Source: a virus. From it: a stretch of 64,000 nt of DNA. Shown here one piece after another: positions 10,036 to 18,095 of this stretch. The stretch spans positions 1 through 64,000 of the IMG/VR virus record IMGVR_UViG_3300046321_000098; one strand, written 5' to 3'. The first letter of the stretch is position 1. Each line of letters starts with the position of its first letter. Position numbers and translations under genes: made by a program. A model generated the notes under the pieces. The model saw nothing but the letters and a program-made list of their open reading frames with translations, made no database searches and was not told the DNA's origin.

Positions 10036-11058
10036 ATGACAAAAATTAAAGCAACAAAAAAACTTACTGATATTGACTTCAGCGGCAAGAATGCTGCTGT
10101 AGCACTTGTCGGAAAAGCAAACGGTGGAGCAGCCAACGGTTTCACTTCATTATTAGTCAAGTCGGCTAAATATACTGATGAGCATGTTGAGAAGGCTGCA
10201 AAGATACGTATCACTATGAGTATCGAGGACTTCTTGGTCAAGTTTTATGGGCTGTGGCACGACGAAGCTGAGGTACTAGCCAGAGCACTTGGGTTTGATA
10301 CCAAGTCTGACGAGGAAATTCCAGACACTTACGAAGACTACATTGCCTCGCAAGTAGCAGCAATTGAGGTCTTAAAGGGTTTAGAACAATCTGAGGATGT
10401 TAATAAGTCCCTATCAGAACTTGAACCCGACGATTACTTAGCACTTTTGAAGTCACAAGAACTCTTGGAAAAGGCGTTCAAGAAGATTGACAAAGGTGCA
10501 ACAAATTCTAAGCCAACTGTTAAGACGGTTAGCAGCGAAGAAGGCACTTCTATTGCCGTGGCATCTGCCAAAGAAGTAGAAAAAGCAAAAGCTGAAGACG
10601 TGTCTTCTAGCGAAACAAAACCAACGGAGAAATCTAAGATGACAGTTAAAACAGTCGAACAAGAAGTGATTGTGGAAATGGTCGAGAAGTCCCAATTTGA
10701 GAGCATTGAAAAAGCGCTCAAAGAACAGGCTGTAGCTCTTGAAAAAGCCCTCGAAACAGTAAAACAATTTGAAAAAGAAAAAGCCGAAGCAGTCCAGAAG
10801 TCCCGCAAAGATTTGTTGACAGCAACAGTAAAGGATGCAGACAAGGTGGAGGCTTTGTTTAAAGGCTTTGCAAATGTTGAGTCTCAGGAGATTTTTGAAA
10901 GTGCCATTAAAGCCCTAGAAGGCATGATGACAGCACAAACAAATTCAGACTTGTTCAAAGAATTAGGTGCTAGCACTCAAGCTCTAAAACAAGATGAAGA
11001 TACACCCTTGATGAAAGCAGCTAAGGCTGCCGCCGCACAAGCCAAGTCTACAAAATAA
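10036..11058 (+). CDS. Capsid scaffolding protein
   Basis: Charged helical 340 aa between protease and capsid genes. Confidence 0.7.
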   Translation: MTKIKATKKLTDIDFSGKNAAVALVGKANGGAANGFTSLLVKSAKYTDEHVEKAAKIRITMSIEDFLVKFYGLWHDEAEVLARALGFDTKSDEEIPDTYEDYIASQVAAIEVLKGLEQSEDVNKSLSELEPDDYLALLKSQELLEKAFKKIDKGATNSKPTVKTVSSEEGTSIAVASAKEVEKAKAEDVSSSETKPTEKSKMTVKTVEQEVIVEMVEKSQFESIEKALKEQAVALEKALETVKQFEKEKAEAVQKSRKDLLTATVKDADKVEALFKGFANVESQEIFESAIKALEGMMTAQTNSDLFKELGASTQALKQDEDTPLMKAAKAAAAQAKSTK

Positions 11059-11078
11059 TTTAATTAAGGAATAACAAG

Positions 11079-11474
11079 ATGTCTGTAATCGCAACTTCGA
11101 CGCATACAAAGTCAAATGTGCTCAAAAAAGAAATTTGGGCGGGTGAGGGTTTCGCTGAAACTGTTATCGTAATCAATGATACCGCTGGTACTCTCTTGGT
11201 AGGTACAGTTCTCGGTAAAGTAACTGCCACTGGTAAGTACAAACGTGCAGTTCAAACAGCAGTAGACGGTTCAGCAGTAGCTGCAGCTATCGTGATGAAT
11301 GAACAAACAATTCTCGGCGCTACGGATACTAAAGCTGTTGCCCTGACTCGGGGCTTCGCTAAAGTCTCTAAAGCAGGTCTAGTTCTGGATGCAACTTATG
11401 ACTTGCAAGCAGAAAAAGATGTTATCTATGCGTCTCTTGAAGCCCTAGGTATTCAAGTTTTGGACACTATCTAA
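11079..11474 (+). CDS. Head decoration protein (lambda gpD-like)
   Basis: GTVLGKVTATGKY...DGS.VA.AI motif, immediately before MCP. Confidence 0.85.
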   Translation: MSVIATSTHTKSNVLKKEIWAGEGFAETVIVINDTAGTLLVGTVLGKVTATGKYKRAVQTAVDGSAVAAAIVMNEQTILGATDTKAVALTRGFAKVSKAGLVLDATYDLQAEKDVIYASLEALGIQVLDTI

Positions 11475-11495
11475 TAATTAAGGAAAATATATAAC

Positions 11496-12518
11496 ATGAC
11501 AACCCGCAGCTTTACAAATAGCTTTGAAGTAGTTGATAGCACTCGTGAACTTAACACCTTGCCTCAGACATGGACACTCTTAAGTGATTCTGGTTTGTTC
11601 AAGGATGAGTTCTTGTCGCAAAACGTAGTCACCTTCCAAGAAACCAAAGGTTCTATTGCAATAGTTAAAGACCAAATCCGTGGTTCAAAACCACAGACTA
11701 CCTCCAACGATTTGCGTAAGATTCACTCTTACTCTTTGACTCACCACCCTCTGACGGATGCCTTGTACCCTGACGATATTGCTGGTAAGTCAGCTTATGA
11801 TGATTTGAACTCCGCTGACACTGAAGCAAAAGCTTTGTTGCGTAAAATGCAAAAGATTCAAAAGTCGTTCGATGTGACTAAAGAGATTGCACGTTTCCAG
11901 ACTATTACAACTGGTGCAGCTTGGGCACCGAATGGTACAGTAGTCGCTAACTACTACACGGACTTTGGTTTCACTCGTAATGAGGTTGACTATGTGTTTG
12001 GTACATCCACGACAGACATTGCAGCTAAGTGCGAAGCAATCATCCGTGGCTTCCAAGATTCAGCGACAGACGGTGTAATTATCAATTCTGTTACTGCATA
12101 TTGCAGCCCTGTGTTCTTTGCTAAACTGATTAACCACGCCCGTGTTCAGACAGCTTACACTTACTTCACATCTACAACTGGTCAAAATGTGTTGCGTGAA
12201 CGTGCTGGTGGTATGGGTCTGTATCGTCGCTTCACTTATGCCAATATCAACTTCGTTGAAGTGCCGACAGTCTTGGCAGGTCAGGCGCTTATTCCAAGTG
12301 GTGATGCGTATTTTATAGCTGAGTCAGATGATGACTCATTCGTTACAGTGTATGGCCCTGCAAACCGTTTCGGCTTGGTTAACACTATTGCAATGCCTCA
12401 GTATTTGTGGCAATTCCGTGACCCTCGTGGCACAGAAATCACGCTTGAAGCTGAGTGCAATATGCTCTCCCTGTTGAAGCGTCCTAACTTTGTTGCTCGT
12501 GGCTTTAGCTCCACTTAA
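11496..12518 (+). CDS. Major capsid protein (lambda gpE-like)
   Basis: 340 aa; YYTDFG, CSPVFFAKLINH, YGPAN motifs; followed by terminator. Confidence 0.92.
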   Translation: MTTRSFTNSFEVVDSTRELNTLPQTWTLLSDSGLFKDEFLSQNVVTFQETKGSIAIVKDQIRGSKPQTTSNDLRKIHSYSLTHHPLTDALYPDDIAGKSAYDDLNSADTEAKALLRKMQKIQKSFDVTKEIARFQTITTGAAWAPNGTVVANYYTDFGFTRNEVDYVFGTSTTDIAAKCEAIIRGFQDSATDGVIINSVTAYCSPVFFAKLINHARVQTAYTYFTSTTGQNVLRERAGGMGLYRRFTYANINFVEVPTVLAGQALIPSGDAYFIAESDDDSFVTVYGPANRFGLVNTIAMPQYLWQFRDPRGTEITLEAECNMLSLLKRPNFVARGFSST

Positions 12519-12535
12519 TACAGAGTAATAAGATT

Positions 12536-12559
12536 GCCCTCTTTATTGAGGGCTTTCTT
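12536..12559 (+). terminator. Intrinsic terminator
   Basis: GCCCTC-loop-GAGGGC followed by T-rich tract. Confidence 0.7.
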
Positions 12560-12620
12560 CTAAGGCTACCTTTGTTGTTGGTTTTAGAAGAGATACAAAC
12601 AAAAAGAAAAGAGAAACACC

Positions 12621-13037
12621 GTGGCTTTAAACCTTATTCAGCAAGTACGTCTTTTGACACAAGACAACGCCGTGGGCTTTTACTTTGTGACAGATGAAGA
12701 AATTCAGTTCTTCCTAGACCGCAATAATCAAAACGTAAACAAGACAGCGTTAGAAGTAGCTAAAGTTATTCTGTTGCAACTGAGCATGTGGAGTGCTAAT
12801 GAAACTGTAGACATCTTCTCCGTAACAGGTGGAAGTAAATCAGCAGAACAGTACCGACTCTCCTTGCAAATGTTTCTACGCTCTCCTGAACTCAATCCAG
12901 TATTTGCAAATGTAAATGCTTATGCAGGTGGGATTAGTCTAATTGATATGCAAGCTAATGTAGATAACTCAGATAACAACTACATTTGCACTCCTAACAG
13001 TTCAACTGCACAGACTGTACAAAACTTTGGAGTCTAG
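12621..13037 (+). CDS. Head-tail adaptor
   Basis: VRLLTQD...TDEEIQFFL motif; position after MCP. Confidence 0.75.
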   Translation: MALNLIQQVRLLTQDNAVGFYFVTDEEIQFFLDRNNQNVNKTALEVAKVILLQLSMWSANETVDIFSVTGGSKSAEQYRLSLQMFLRSPELNPVFANVNAYAGGISLIDMQANVDNSDNNYICTPNSSTAQTVQNFGV

Positions 13038-13039
13038 TA

Positions 13040-13399
13040 ATGGCTAACAGATTTCTACTAGCAAGCATTGACGCTGTGAAACGCAATGGACTATCTTGCA
13101 ACTACATAAAAGTTCAAACTGGTGTTTACAATGTCGAGACTGGATCGGTTACTAATACTGAGACGACTTATCCTGTAGTGATGTATAAAAAACACATTAA
13201 GACAAGTCAGTACAATTACCCAAACTTAATAGGTAAAGATGTTGGTGTATTTTACTTAGCTAACTATCAATTAACTTTTACACCTTCTGTTAAAGATAAA
13301 ATTTTCTACGATAACCAGACTTATATTGTAGAGTCCTTCGAGAACTGTGTAGCTCACTCACAGACCGTCCTATTCAAAATTCTAGCTGTGAGGACTTAG
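13040..13399 (+). CDS. Head closure / head-tail joining protein
   Basis: GVYNVETG motif; size and position. Confidence 0.7.
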   Translation: MANRFLLASIDAVKRNGLSCNYIKVQTGVYNVETGSVTNTETTYPVVMYKKHIKTSQYNYPNLIGKDVGVFYLANYQLTFTPSVKDKIFYDNQTYIVESFENCVAHSQTVLFKILAVRT

Positions 13400-13400
13400 T

Positions 13401-13862
13401 GTGATTACCGCTGATGAGAGTGAATGCAGTAAATCCCTGCAGGAGTACAGAATTGAAGTAGAACGTAAACTCAAAGCGATGGTTTCAGGGTTTGCAAGAG
13501 AGATAGCTGAGACAGCTTCCTCAAAGACTACTATTGGCGATGAAACTAAGCTCTATGACTTATACGCCGCGCGTGAACTAGCCAGAGGTATCGACGCAAA
13601 AGCAGGCTTCCACAAAGGAGCTTGGGTATACACCGAAGGTGGTCTAACCTTTGACCCTAAAATTTACTCCACAGGTATGATGGCAAACGAAGTTGAATAC
13701 CAAGCCCAAGCTAACTACAAGATTGGTGATAGCTTTTCAATCGGTGCAGAAGGTACAGCTTATGAGATGCTTCAAGAGCGTGATGATATTGAAGGTGAAA
13801 CCCTTTCAGCCATTCAGACCGCCCACAAAGTGGATTTGAAGCGTTTTTACGATGAAGGATAA
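13401..13862 (+). CDS. Neck / tail completion protein (HK97 gp10-like)
   Basis: Position; G.HKGAW motif. Confidence 0.6.
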   Translation: MITADESECSKSLQEYRIEVERKLKAMVSGFAREIAETASSKTTIGDETKLYDLYAARELARGIDAKAGFHKGAWVYTEGGLTFDPKIYSTGMMANEVEYQAQANYKIGDSFSIGAEGTAYEMLQERDDIEGETLSAIQTAHKVDLKRFYDEG

Positions 13863-13864
13863 CT

Positions 13865-14281
13865 ATGCCTATATTGGCAACAAAAAGAGCGTTAGAACGC
13901 CGTTTAACAGCTTTAACCCCCACTGTACCGACAGCCTTTGAGGGTGTGAGTTTTGAGCCACCTACAACTCTATATCAGCGATGTCAGTTTCGTATTGATT
14001 CACCAGAGGACACAACATTAAGTGCAGGTACTGGCATTGGATATTACAGAGAACGGATTCAATTTCAAGTCTTTGTAATTGCAGAACCAAACCAAGGTAC
14101 AGCCGCAGCACTTACCCGTGCCGAACTGATTAGAAATCTCTTTAAAAAAGGTACAACCCTTTTAGAAGGTAGTTACAGAATATATGTTCTAACTACACCA
14201 AAGGTGGGGTCTACAGCACAGATTGGTACGAGGTCTATTGTGCCTGTGATGGTTGATGTGATTACAGAAGTCTATTCGTAG
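13865..14281 (+). CDS. Tail terminator protein
   Basis: TAFEGVSFEPP...FQVFV...GT motif; precedes tail tube. Confidence 0.7.
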   Translation: MPILATKRALERRLTALTPTVPTAFEGVSFEPPTTLYQRCQFRIDSPEDTTLSAGTGIGYYRERIQFQVFVIAEPNQGTAAALTRAELIRNLFKKGTTLLEGSYRIYVLTTPKVGSTAQIGTRSIVPVMVDVITEVYS

Positions 14282-14287
14282 GTTTAT

Positions 14288-14376
14288 AAACAGGCTAGGG
14301 GTTGCTCCCGAAACAGAAGAGTCATTACCTTCTCTTGCCTTGTTTTCTTTTTAGTAATGTTCTTTAATGGAGAAGT
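14288..14376 (+). ncRNA. Structured RNA leader (three-way junction, anti-RBS loop), copy 2
   Basis: GGCTAGGG..CCCGAAA.AGAAGA..TTACCTTC..TGCCT core shared with 2829-2916. Confidence 0.7.
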
Positions 14377-15147
14377 ATGCTTTTATTAACAAAAGACAAA
14401 TTGAACCAAATACTTAAGCAAAATCGTGGAAAATCTTACACTTATGGGCTGTGTCGTGGTTCAGGGGATTTATTCTATGTGGGTGTAGGGATACGCCAAA
14501 GAGTTCTTAATCATACCTATGAACATGAACTAAATCGTGGTGGGAATAAGCATAAAATAAGTATTATTAAAAGAAAATAAAACATACTTTAGACTGTTAT
14601 TTTTTAATTCTCTTTTAATAAGGATAGAGCAGTTTGTCTTGAGGTGGAAAAAGATTTAATAAGAAAGTTTGGACGTTCAGATATCCAAACAGGCTCACTG
14701 ACAAACTTGACAAATGGCGGTGAAATTGGCGCAAACGGTGTGGTTGTTTCTGCTGAAACTAGATTAAAACTCTCCGAAAAAGTACAGGAAAGAGTTGAAG
14801 TAATAAGAGAACAACAACGCGAACGCTGGAAAATTTTAACAGAGGATGAGAAACTGCAACGCATCCTTAACATGACGCGCGGCAGTGGTACTCCTGAGCA
14901 TCTTGCTAAGTTATCAAAGGCACAACTGAAAAAGTGGAGTAATCCAGAGTACAAAAAACGTCTCTCGAAGATACAAGTAACAGCCCAAGGTGCTCTTGCA
15001 GAAGACCATAGAAGAAGAACAACAGCTTACTGGGCAAACCCAGAAAACAAAGAAAAACGATTAGAACAGAATAGGTTACGAAGGGCTGCAAAGTTAAGTA
15101 ACCCTGTCTTGAGTCCGATAGAAGAACGGGTTGCTGTACCCACTTAA
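14377..15147 (+). pseudogene. GIY-YIG-like homing endonuclease, interrupted
   Basis: YTYGL...FYVGVG..R...H and E..LI...GR.D...G.LTNLTNGGE are in the same frame but separated by three in-frame stops at 14578-14607. Confidence 0.75.
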
Positions 15148-15197
15148 AAACAGGACATTTTGCAAAATGTATTTTATAAGTAAACAAGGAATCAATA

Positions 15198-16409
15198 ATG
15201 CCATCAATTTCACGTGGAACGGCGAAAGTAATCGCCTACAAAAAAGAAACAACATTCGGTGTCTTAGCAGGCGCTGCCTCTGGTAAACAACTTCGCCGTG
15301 TTACAGGTAATTTCAATTTAAGCAAAGAAACTTACGAGTCAAACGAAATTCGCTCAGACCGCCAATTAGCGGATTATCGTCACGGTGTTCGTAGTACAGA
15401 GGGTTCATTGAACGGTGAACTGTCGCCTAATTCTTACTCTGATTTTATCCAAGCAATTCTTGCTAGGGACTTTACAACTGGAGCTATCGCTACAGGCTTG
15501 ACAGTAACTATTGCAGCTTCTGGTTTGTTGTGGACAGTCACTCGTACTGCAGGCTCATGGTTGACAGATGGTATGACTGTTGGTAAAGTTATTGCTCTTA
15601 CAGGTGGGACACTAAACGTACTGACTACAGGTAAGAATTTATTGATTGTAGCTACGACAGCTCTGGTATTAACTGTCAAGGTTCTTAACAACACAGCCCT
15701 CTTTACAGATACAGCGGTAGCATCTGTTACCGCAACAGTGCGAGGTAAAGACACTTTTGTTCCTGCTACTGGACATACCGACCAATCTTTCACCGTAGAA
15801 GAGTGGTACTCCGATATTGCTCAGTCAGAGGTGCATACAGGTTTAAAAGTAGGCTCAATGAACACGCAGCTACCTGCCACTGGTTTAGCCACTGTGGACT
15901 TCTCTTTCCAAGGGAAGGACTTGACACAGACAGGTACTGCTCAGTATTTCACTACTCCTACAGCACAAGGTACAAATGGTATTTTTGCTGCAGTACAAGG
16001 TGCAGTCATTGTAAATGGACAACCTGTGGCACTGATTACTTCAGCGGATTTCTCAATCGAACGTGCTCTGGAAAATGCTGTTGCGGTGGGTTCAAACTCA
16101 GTTGCAGATATTTTCACAGGACGTATTAAGGCAATGGGTAACCTCAGTGTTTACTTCCAAGACGCTGTGTTCCGTGACTACTTTAAAGATGAGACTGTTG
16201 TTTCTTTAGTTTTTGCAATGACCACATCTGATGCAGCAAATGCGGATTTTGTAAGTTATGTTTTACCTAAAGTAAAACTTGGGTCATTCACCAAAGATGA
16301 CCAAGAGCTAGGTTTAGTCGCCAGTACTTCGTTCCAAGCGTTACTTAATGACATTTCAACAGGTGGTCTACCCTTGACCACTGTTGCAGTACAAGACAGT
16401 ACACTGTAA
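15198..16409 (+). CDS. Tail tube (major tail) protein
   Basis: 403 aa; SNEIRSDRQ..D.RHG motif; no sheath gene; followed by terminator. Confidence 0.88.
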   Translation: MPSISRGTAKVIAYKKETTFGVLAGAASGKQLRRVTGNFNLSKETYESNEIRSDRQLADYRHGVRSTEGSLNGELSPNSYSDFIQAILARDFTTGAIATGLTVTIAASGLLWTVTRTAGSWLTDGMTVGKVIALTGGTLNVLTTGKNLLIVATTALVLTVKVLNNTALFTDTAVASVTATVRGKDTFVPATGHTDQSFTVEEWYSDIAQSEVHTGLKVGSMNTQLPATGLATVDFSFQGKDLTQTGTAQYFTTPTAQGTNGIFAAVQGAVIVNGQPVALITSADFSIERALENAVAVGSNSVADIFTGRIKAMGNLSVYFQDAVFRDYFKDETVVSLVFAMTTSDAANADFVSYVLPKVKLGSFTKDDQELGLVASTSFQALLNDISTGGLPLTTVAVQDSTL

Positions 16410-16427
16410 TTAAACTCTAGTGAGTTC

Positions 16428-16460
16428 AACCCCCTCAGAGCAATCTGTAGGGGGTTTTTT
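16428..16460 (+). terminator. Intrinsic terminator
   Basis: AACCCCCT...AGGGGGTTTTTT. Confidence 0.8.
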
Positions 16461-16497
16461 ATTGCTTATCTTCTACCCTAATTCCTGCATCTTTCAC

Positions 16498-16526
16498 TTG
16501 ACAATTTTGTAACCTTATGTTACAAT
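16498..16526 (+). promoter_or_regulatory. Sigma70-like promoter with TGTAAC-N5-GTTACA palindrome
   Basis: TTGACA-17nt-TACAAT, extended TG. Confidence 0.75.
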
Positions 16527-16625
16527 AGATTATGTGCGATTAATAATATCTATAACAATTGCACAAGACCAAGGTTCAATTCTGAGCCTTTTTAATTTAC
16601 TCACTAGAACATAAAGGAACTAAAT

Positions 16626-17057
16626 ATGTCGTTTGATCTAATAAAACATGACCCCGCCAAACTCGCAGAGGCTGGTTACACCTTCCCAATCGTCACGCCA
16701 GACGGTAACATTCAGGAAGCTACCCTCACCGTCCGTGGCGCACATTCAGCTAAAGTACGCACCTTTCAACGCAGCATCCAAAACCAATGGCAACAGCGTG
16801 ATGCAGCAGCTAAGCGACGTGGAAAAGAAAAAGCGGACGAGTTGACTCCAGAGGAGTATGACGAACTCGGTGTTCGTTCAGCTTGTGCCCGTCTGATTGG
16901 GTGGACTGGACTTGTTGAGAACGGCAAAGAGGTTGTCTACTCAGAGTCTGAAGCAGAACGCTTAATGACTGCACATCAGTTCTTACGGGAGTTGGTGGTC
17001 AGTGAAAGCGAGAACTCAGGAAATTTTACCCAAAAGAAGACATCGCTCAAACCTTAG
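16626..17057 (+). CDS. Tail assembly chaperone (G)
   Basis: Between tail tube and TMP; slippery A AAT TTT at 17021-17027. Confidence 0.85.
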   Translation: MSFDLIKHDPAKLAEAGYTFPIVTPDGNIQEATLTVRGAHSAKVRTFQRSIQNQWQQRDAAAKRRGKEKADELTPEEYDELGVRSACARLIGWTGLVENGKEVVYSESEAERLMTAHQFLRELVVSESENSGNFTQKKTSLKP

Positions 17058-17407
17058 AATACTGCAAGCAAGAATTTGAGGGCAGTGTGTCTGGTTCCAA
17101 CGGGTCTAGTATCCGTGATCAGTTGATGAATGTCTGGAAACAAACAGGGCACAAACCTAAAGAGTTAGAAAATCTAACTGAAATACCTAGTTCTTGTATT
17201 GAGGTTTGGCAATGGTTTCTACAACTCAATGAAACAAGGTCTTCAAATGGTTTCGGGTTTGACCCTATTGGATACGGGGACATCTGTGCTTTTTTCCAAT
17301 TGATTCAAATAGTGCCTGAGATGTGGGAACTAGATTTGATTAGGGGATTGGACAGGACTGTACTTGGGGTATACGCTGCAAAGCAAAAAGCAGACAGTAA
17401 AAAATAG
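17021..17407 (+). CDS. Tail assembly chaperone frameshift extension (T part of GT)
   Basis: Open -1 frame from slippery site through VWQWFLQLNETRSSNGFG..PI motif; no own RBS. Confidence 0.8.
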   Translation, partial: KFYPKEDIAQTLEYCKQEFEGSVSGSNGSSIRDQLMNVWKQTGHKPKELENLTEIPSSCIEVWQWFLQLNETRSSNGFGFDPIGYGDICAFFQLIQIVPEMWELDLIRGLDRTVLGVYAAKQKADSKK

Positions 17408-17414
17408 TAAGATT

Positions 17415-17503
17415 AACAGCGTCAGTCGTAGGCATACGCGCAAGTGAAGTTCTGCTCCAACAGAGACTCATCTGATGTTTGTTTTAAAATGTTTTGGAGG
17501 ACA
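17415..17503 (+). ncRNA. Structured RNA leader with anti-SD loop, different sequence family
   Basis: P1 17415-17425/17472-17483, CGTA-GGCA-TACG, loop CTCCAA complementary to TTGGAG at 17494-17499. Confidence 0.6.
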
Positions 17504-18019
17504 ATGGTGGAAATTAATAAGAACAAAGCACTTTCACAAGACGAGTGGAAAGCATTGGTAGACTACAACCCAGACACAGGTGTCTTTGTTTGGAAAGTTA
17601 ATCGTTATCGCACACAAGCTGGTGACATTGCAGGTTACCGTAAACCTAACGGGTATATCTCTATTCGTACAAACAAGAAGCATCATCCATGTCACCGAAT
17701 AGCTTGGATAATTACGTATGGTGTTGATACTGATGGGTTCATAGACCACATTAACGGTGACAAAAGTGACAACAGAATTGTAAATTTACGTGTAGCTAAT
17801 AAGTCCGCGAATGGGTTTAATACTACAAAACGTGCTAACAATACATCAGGTTACAAAGGTGTCACTTGGCACAAACAAATTGGTAAGTGGGCAGCTCGTG
17901 CAAAAGTAAACTATGAGTGTTATCACTTAGGGTTATTTGATGACGTACTAGAAGCTGCTAAAGCATACGACGATTTTGCGAAAGCAAACCACGGCGAATT
18001 TTACAAAGATAATCTATAA
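17504..18019 (+). CDS. HNH-AP2 homing endonuclease
   Basis: HRIAW...IDHINGDKSDNRIVNLR; NTSGYKGV...HLGLF; start reassigned to ATG after GGAGG. Confidence 0.92.
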   Translation: MVEINKNKALSQDEWKALVDYNPDTGVFVWKVNRYRTQAGDIAGYRKPNGYISIRTNKKHHPCHRIAWIITYGVDTDGFIDHINGDKSDNRIVNLRVANKSANGFNTTKRANNTSGYKGVTWHKQIGKWAARAKVNYECYHLGLFDDVLEAAKAYDDFAKANHGEFYKDNL

Positions 18020-18024
18020 ATTAT

Positions 18025-18048
18025 AGCCTCCTCGTGAGGCTTTATTTT
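18025..18048 (+). terminator. Intrinsic terminator
   Basis: AGCCTC-loop-GAGGCT then TTATTTT. Confidence 0.65.
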
Positions 18049-18095
18049 CAAATATCAATCATCTGGTATTTCAAAATAATGACAGGATAAAAGAA

